Source: Candidatus Calidihabitans tengchongensis (GTDB lineage Bacteria > Sysuimicrobiota > Sysuimicrobiia > Sysuimicrobiales > Kaftiobacteriaceae). Taken from it: a stretch of 64,000 nt of DNA. The position numbers and the translations under genes were made by a program. Location: contig JAVKIE010000002.1 in the NCBI GenBank assembly GCA_031459615.1, positions 105,445 to 169,444 on the forward strand, given 5' to 3'. A model generated the notes under the pieces. The model had not been told where the DNA came from, did no database searches, and worked only from the letters and a program-made list of their open reading frames with translations. Within the stretch, counting starts at the first letter, position 1, and each line of letters begins with the position of its first letter. Below, in pieces: positions 57,653-64,000 of this stretch.

Positions 57653-58390
57653 CTAGTGGACCCGGCGGTCGGGATCGTCGGCCTCCAGGGATCTCACCAC
57701 GCGGAGGAACCTCCGCCGCAGCCTCCACCGCTGCCAGGCGCGGACGGGGTTGAGGGTTCCCATGGCGGGCAGGCGCCGGACGAATCGTGCGGGGCGCAGT
57801 CCGTACCGGCCGGCCCGCACGTACCAGACGGCCGCCGCGCACCCCGTCAGGGCGAACACTCCCAGCGGGAAGGGAAACGAGAACACCACCAGGATGGCCG
57901 CGATCGCGCCCAGCCACTGTCCGGGCACGGGAATGGCGAAGTAGGCCAGCACCCGCTCGCGGGGATTGATGGCGCTCCAGGCCACCACCACCGCCGCCAG
58001 AGGCAGGCCCAGGCCGGCCAGGATCACCGCGCGGCCCAGCGCGGCGGCAGCCCCGGCCAGGGCCAGGGCGGGAACCGCCGTCACCAGGGCCAGGAACACC
58101 GCGTAGTCGTGGCTGCCCCAGGCACGCTCCAGACTCCCGCCGAACACCCACAGGACGTACGCGCTGACCAGCACCCACAGGACGTGCCCGCCGGCCACCA
58201 GGGGGTAGGTCAGCGCCGACCACGGGCGGGCCAGGAGGGACCCGGGGACGAAGAGCAGTCCGGAGACGACCGCGCCGGCGCCGACGAAGGACAGCAGGAA
58301 GGTGACGGCAGTGCCCGCAATCACCGCCCAGGTCACCGGGCAGTCACCGGGCACCGCGCGCAGGAGCGCCGATCCGGGCAGGCGACTCAT
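57653..58390 (-). CDS. Rhomboid-like membrane protein (catalytic Ser/His motifs not evident)
   Basis: 6-7 TM, with the rhomboid-like segment GGHVLWVLVSAYVLWVFGGSLERAWGS. No clear GxSG or AHxxG, so it may be an inactive homologue or misassigned. Confidence 0.45.
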   Translation of the reverse strand: MSRLPGSALLRAVPGDCPVTWAVIAGTAVTFLLSFVGAGAVVSGLLFVPGSLLARPWSALTYPLVAGGHVLWVLVSAYVLWVFGGSLERAWGSHDYAVFLALVTAVPALALAGAAAALGRAVILAGLGLPLAAVVVAWSAINPRERVLAYFAIPVPGQWLGAIAAILVVFSFPFPLGVFALTGCAAAVWYVRAGRYGLRPARFVRRLPAMGTLNPVRAWQRWRLRRRFLRVVRSLEADDPDRRVH

Positions 58391-58930
58391 TCGATGCGGG
58401 CGGGAGCCGAAGCGCGGGTCGCCGATCTGCCCCGGGCTCCCGACGACACGGTTTCAGCCTACCAACGCCGCCGCGGGAGGGCAAGCCCGGTTGCCCTCGC
58501 CCGACCCATTGGGCTACACTGGACACAGTCCATCGCCACCCGGTTGTCACCGTGCGCGACCTGCCGCGTGCCTGCGGTGCGGCGTCGCGGGAGTGCCCGC
58601 GTCCGCGCCGACCGACCCGGGCCGTCCGGAACGGATCGTGGCCTTCCCGCTGATCCTGCCGGCCGCGAAGGAGGTGGTCTCCCTGCCTGTGTGGGACGCG
58701 TCGCTGTCCGGGACCACCGTGGGCGAGTGGGCTGTCGCGCTGGCCGTGGCCGCTGCGGTCGCGGGAGCCGCCCGTCTCCTCCAGGCGGCCGTCCGCCGCC
58801 GGCTGCGGGTGTGCGCGCGCCGGGCCCCGGGTGAGGTGGACGACCTGCTGCTGATCCAGTCCGCCTGCCCCCCGCACACCATCTACGTGCACGGCGGGCC
58901 CGTCCGGCCGCTGCCCGGAGTGGCCGGACC

Positions 58931-59739
58931 GTGAGGGGGTGGCTGCGGGCGCTGGTGCGGGCCCTGGCCGAGGACGACCTGACGGTGTACGCGGCGTCCA
59001 TCGCCTACGCCGGGGTCCTGTCGGTGTTCCCGCTCCTGGTGGGAGTGATCGCCCTGCTGAGCCTGGTGGTGGACCAGTCCCGGGCGCAGGACGCGGCGCT
59101 GCGGGCCCTGCAGCCCTACCTGCCGCACCCCGCGCTGGAGGCGGTGCAGAGCGCCATCGCGTCCGTGGTCCGGACCCGGAGCGCGGCCGGGTCGCTGGCG
59201 GTGGTGGGCGTGCTGTGGGCCACCACGGCGGCCGCCGGAGCCCTGCGCCACGCCCTCAGCAAGATCCTGCGGGTGGGGCGGCACCGGGTGTTCTGGCGCC
59301 GCAAGCTGGTGGAGATGGCCCTGGTAGCCCTGGCGGGGACGTTCCTGGGGCTGTCGGCGCTGCTGCCCGCGGCGGTGGCGGCCCTCCGCAGCCTTCCCGG
59401 CCTGGGCCCGGCCGCAGCGGAGGTCGGTCGGTCCCCTGCGGTCCGGGAGCTGGCGACCCTGGCGCCGTGGGTCCTGGCCGCCGGGGCGTTCTTCGTCGTC
59501 TACAGGTTCCTGCCGCCTGTCCGTCCCAGGCGGCGGGGCCTGCTGGCCGGGACGGCCACGGCGGCGGTTCTGTTCGAGCTGACCCGGCGGGCGTTCTTCT
59601 GGTACGTGAGTACGCTCGCCTCCTACCCCCTGGTCTACGGCCCCCTGGCGGGCGTGGTGGTGTTCATGGTGTGGGCGTACCTGGTGGCCCTGCTGACGCT
59701 GGTGGGGGCGGAGGTCATGCGCGTGGCGGAGGGGAAGGC

Positions 59740-59743
<4 letters not shown>
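58931..59743 (+). CDS. YihY/BrkB family membrane protein
   Basis: YAASIAYAGVLSVFPLL N-terminus typical of the YihY family, 6 TM. Confidence 0.75.
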
Positions 59744-61987
<2,244 letters not shown>

Positions 61988-62004
<17 letters not shown>

Positions 62005-63217
62005 CCATCAGGGCCAGGTGCTCGGCCAGGTCCCGGGTGATCAGGAACCGCTCCCGGACGTACTCCCTGCCGGCGCGGCCCATCTGCGCGGCCAGCTCGG
62101 GGTTGTGGAGCAGGTGGCGGATGCGGAACGCGCATCCCTCCACGGAATTCACCGTGTAGCCGGTGACGCCCCAGATGATCTGCACGGTGATGCCGCCGGC
62201 AAACCCCCCGATCACCGGCTTGCCCTTCCACATCCCCTCGGCCACCGTCAGCCCGAACCCCTCCCGGGTGGACTTCTGGATGATGATGGTGGCCGCCCGC
62301 TGCAACGCGTTGATCTCGTGGTGCGCGGTGGGCGGCAGGACCAGCACGTGGATGTCGGGGTCGTCGCTACTGGCCTGCATCACCTCGGCCAGGACCTGGG
62401 CTCCTTCCGGGTCGTCGTCGGCCGGGCCGCCGGCGAGGACCAGCCGGCAGTCGTCGTACTTCTTGACCAGCCGGTAGGCGTTGATGACCCCGATGGGGTC
62501 CTTGAAACGGTCAAACCGCGACACCTGCAACAGGAGGGGCTTGTCCTGAGGGACGTTCAGGCGGTGCAGGACCGCGTCCACCTCCGCGGGGCTGAGGTCC
62601 CGGTTCTTTTCCGACAGCGGGTCGATGCTGGGGTAGATGAGGTACTGGGGGATGGGCAGGCGCTGGGCGAACCGCGGTAGCGAGAAGATGGCGCCGTCGT
62701 ACCGGGTGACGAACAGGCGCAGGAACGCCCAGGCCCGGCGCTGGGGGCGCGAGACGTCGATGTGGCAGCGCCACACCCACCGTCCCCGGCGGGGCGCATA
62801 GGCCACCAGGGCCGCGGGCTGCGGGTCGTGGATGAGGACCAGGTCGGCGTCCAGGTCCAGCCGCGCCGCGTTGTCCCGGTTGGTCTCCAGGTAAGTCTGC
62901 AGCATGGCGTCGGTGAACACCTGCTCCTGGCCCTGCAGGGCGTTGTGCAGGGCCTTGGTGACGCGGAAGAACTCCTCCGATCCGGTGATGACCTCCCACC
63001 GGGCCGGCACGCCCAGCTCTTCCAGCAACGGCACGTGGCGGTGCAGCATCTCCGCCACCCCGCCGCCGACCCGGGTGGAGTTGACGTGCACCAGCGAGCG
63101 CCCCCGGACCCGGTCGGCCAGGCGGCGCAGCATATCCAGGGTGCCGGGCGGCACCACGTCCCGGTAGTCGTCCAGGCGCACGGGGTCAGCCACCGGCCGC
63201 CTCCAGGGCCGCGTCAC
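61988..63217 (-). CDS. Trehalose synthase TreT-like GT4 glycosyltransferase
   Basis: VNSTRVGGGVAEML N-terminal motif and GT4 C-terminal EGFGLTVAE. Its 3' end overlaps otsAB by 17 nt. An alternative GTG start at 63193 would reduce overlap with the upstream gene. Confidence 0.7.
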
Positions 63218-63836
63218 AGATGGCCAGGACCTGGGCGCGCACGCCGTCCAGGCTGCTCATGTACCGGTTGAGCCGCCGCAGCCGCGCGGCCACCTCCGCC
63301 AGGCCCAGCTCCCCCTCCAGCCACGCCAGGGGATCGGCGTCGGGCCGCCGCCGCACCGTCTCGTAGAAGTGGTAGTAGATGGCGCTGGCGTCCACCCGGG
63401 CCACCAGATCCCGGAACTCCCGCAGGGTCTGCGCCCGCATGCCGGTCGGGATCTCCACGAGGGTCGACCGCATGAAGTAGAAGGGCTCACCGTAGTCCGC
63501 CCGGGGCACCGCCTGCAGCCCCGCCAGGTGGGCGTCCACGATGGTCACCAGCTCCGCTCGCAGCTGCTCCACATCGGCGTAGTCGAAGGGGTCCACCACC
63601 GCCAGCCGCTCGCCCAGGACCCGGTCGCGCACCTGGATGGCCGCCCAGGTGGCGAAGTCGTTGGGGTAGGGGGCGGCCAGGTAGCGGCTGCGCAGGAAGT
63701 AGCTGTGGGTGTGGTAGACGATGGAGTCGGCCGGCACCTCCTCGATGCCCGCCAGCAGCTCGCGCTCGTCCCACGCGGCGCGGCCCAGCATTTCCCGCAG
63801 CTCCAGGCACTCGACGAACTCCAACGGGCGCGCCAT
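63186..63836 (-). CDS. Conserved hypothetical protein upstream of the TreT-like gene
   Basis: A 216 aa acidic soluble protein with no recognisable motif. Co-oriented and overlapping with the TreT-like gene. Confidence 0.45.
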   Translation of the reverse strand: MARPLEFVECLELREMLGRAAWDERELLAGIEEVPADSIVYHTHSYFLRSRYLAAPYPNDFATWAAIQVRDRVLGERLAVVDPFDYADVEQLRAELVTIVDAHLAGLQAVPRADYGEPFYFMRSTLVEIPTGMRAQTLREFRDLVARVDASAIYYHFYETVRRRPDADPLAWLEGELGLAEVAARLRRLNRYMSSLDGVRAQVLAICDAALEAAGG

Positions 63837-63888
63837 CAGGTCCCGGGGTGACGCCGGGAGGGAGAGGGGCGGCGCAGGGCGCGGGGCG

Positions 63889-64000
63889 TCATGAGGTCAG
63901 CTCGGTGAGGGCGTCCGGGTTGATGTGCATGCGCTCGGCGAGCTCCCTCAGCAGAGGGGCGCAGTCGGCGGGGACGGCCCGCGCGAGCCGCACCAGGCGG
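63889..64000 (-). CDS. Hypothetical protein, C-terminal fragment (5' part outside the window)
   Basis: The minus-strand frame reads ...RLVRLARAVPADCAPLLRELAERMHINPDALTELTS then stop. It is too short to classify. Confidence 0.3.
   Translation of the reverse strand, partial: RLVRLARAVPADCAPLLRELAERMHINPDALTELTS

Noticed and set aside
58400-58930. 210 aa plus-strand ORF with an MscS-like N-terminal TM segment (VGEWAVALAVAAAVAGAARLLQAAVRRRLR)
   Set aside because: Mostly low-complexity Pro/Arg-rich sequence and no channel or beta domain. It is truncated by the YihY-family gene start. Probably intergenic, or at most a gene remnant.

Overview
The window is a 64 kb chromosomal segment of a very high-GC bacterium, about 70% GC with strong third-codon-position GC bias. 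It is densely coding, with roughly 65 genes, mostly in tightly coupled operons (many ATGA/GTGA start-stop overlaps). No rRNA, convincing tRNA or CRISPR array was seen. Many long ORFs in the six-frame track are antisense or out-of-frame artefacts of the GC bias and were not called.

Gene content, left to right:
- A partial NitT/TauT-type ABC transporter and a DinB-like protein.
- A GntR regulator with a four-subunit-type 2-oxoacid:ferredoxin oxidoreductase whose gamma and delta subunits are fused.
- TctCBA tricarboxylate transporter, an LctP-family permease and an alpha/beta hydrolase.
- A REP-associated tyrosine transposase (RAYT) preceded by six copies of a 13 bp palindrome GGGGAC(A/T)GTCCCC.
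- A minus-strand cluster: disrupted membrane ORF, cupredoxin lipoprotein, FAD-dependent oxidoreductase and an NnrS-like membrane protein. It sits next to an AT-rich divergent promoter island with an ArsR-like regulator and a DUF488 protein.
- A nitrogen-assimilation block: gltB without gltD, an amt operon lacking glnK (amt, unknown ORF, flotillin, glnA, LysE exporter), and an AstE/AspA-family deacylase with a PotABCD-like importer.
- Housekeeping genes (SppA, MBL hydrolase, glycerate kinase), glgA, a galT-like gene, lutABC, and a glcD-glcD-glcF-glcE glycolate/2-hydroxyacid oxidase cluster.
- A sugar ABC transporter with its substrate-binding gene split from its permeases, sodA, a sigma-70 family factor, a rhomboid-like/zinc-ribbon pair, a YihY-family gene, and a fused otsA-otsB gene overlapping a TreT-like glycosyltransferase.

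Items worth a second look are the REP/RAYT element, a purine-rich GGGAAGAGGGAA repeat family at gene junctions, an about 0.9 kb apparently non-coding stretch after gltB that by eye looks lower in GC and structured, structured leaders upstream of gltB and amt, the glnK-less amt operon with an unknown co-transcribed ORF, and a frame-disrupted membrane gene. Hand-counted coordinates of small motifs may be off by 1-2 nt.
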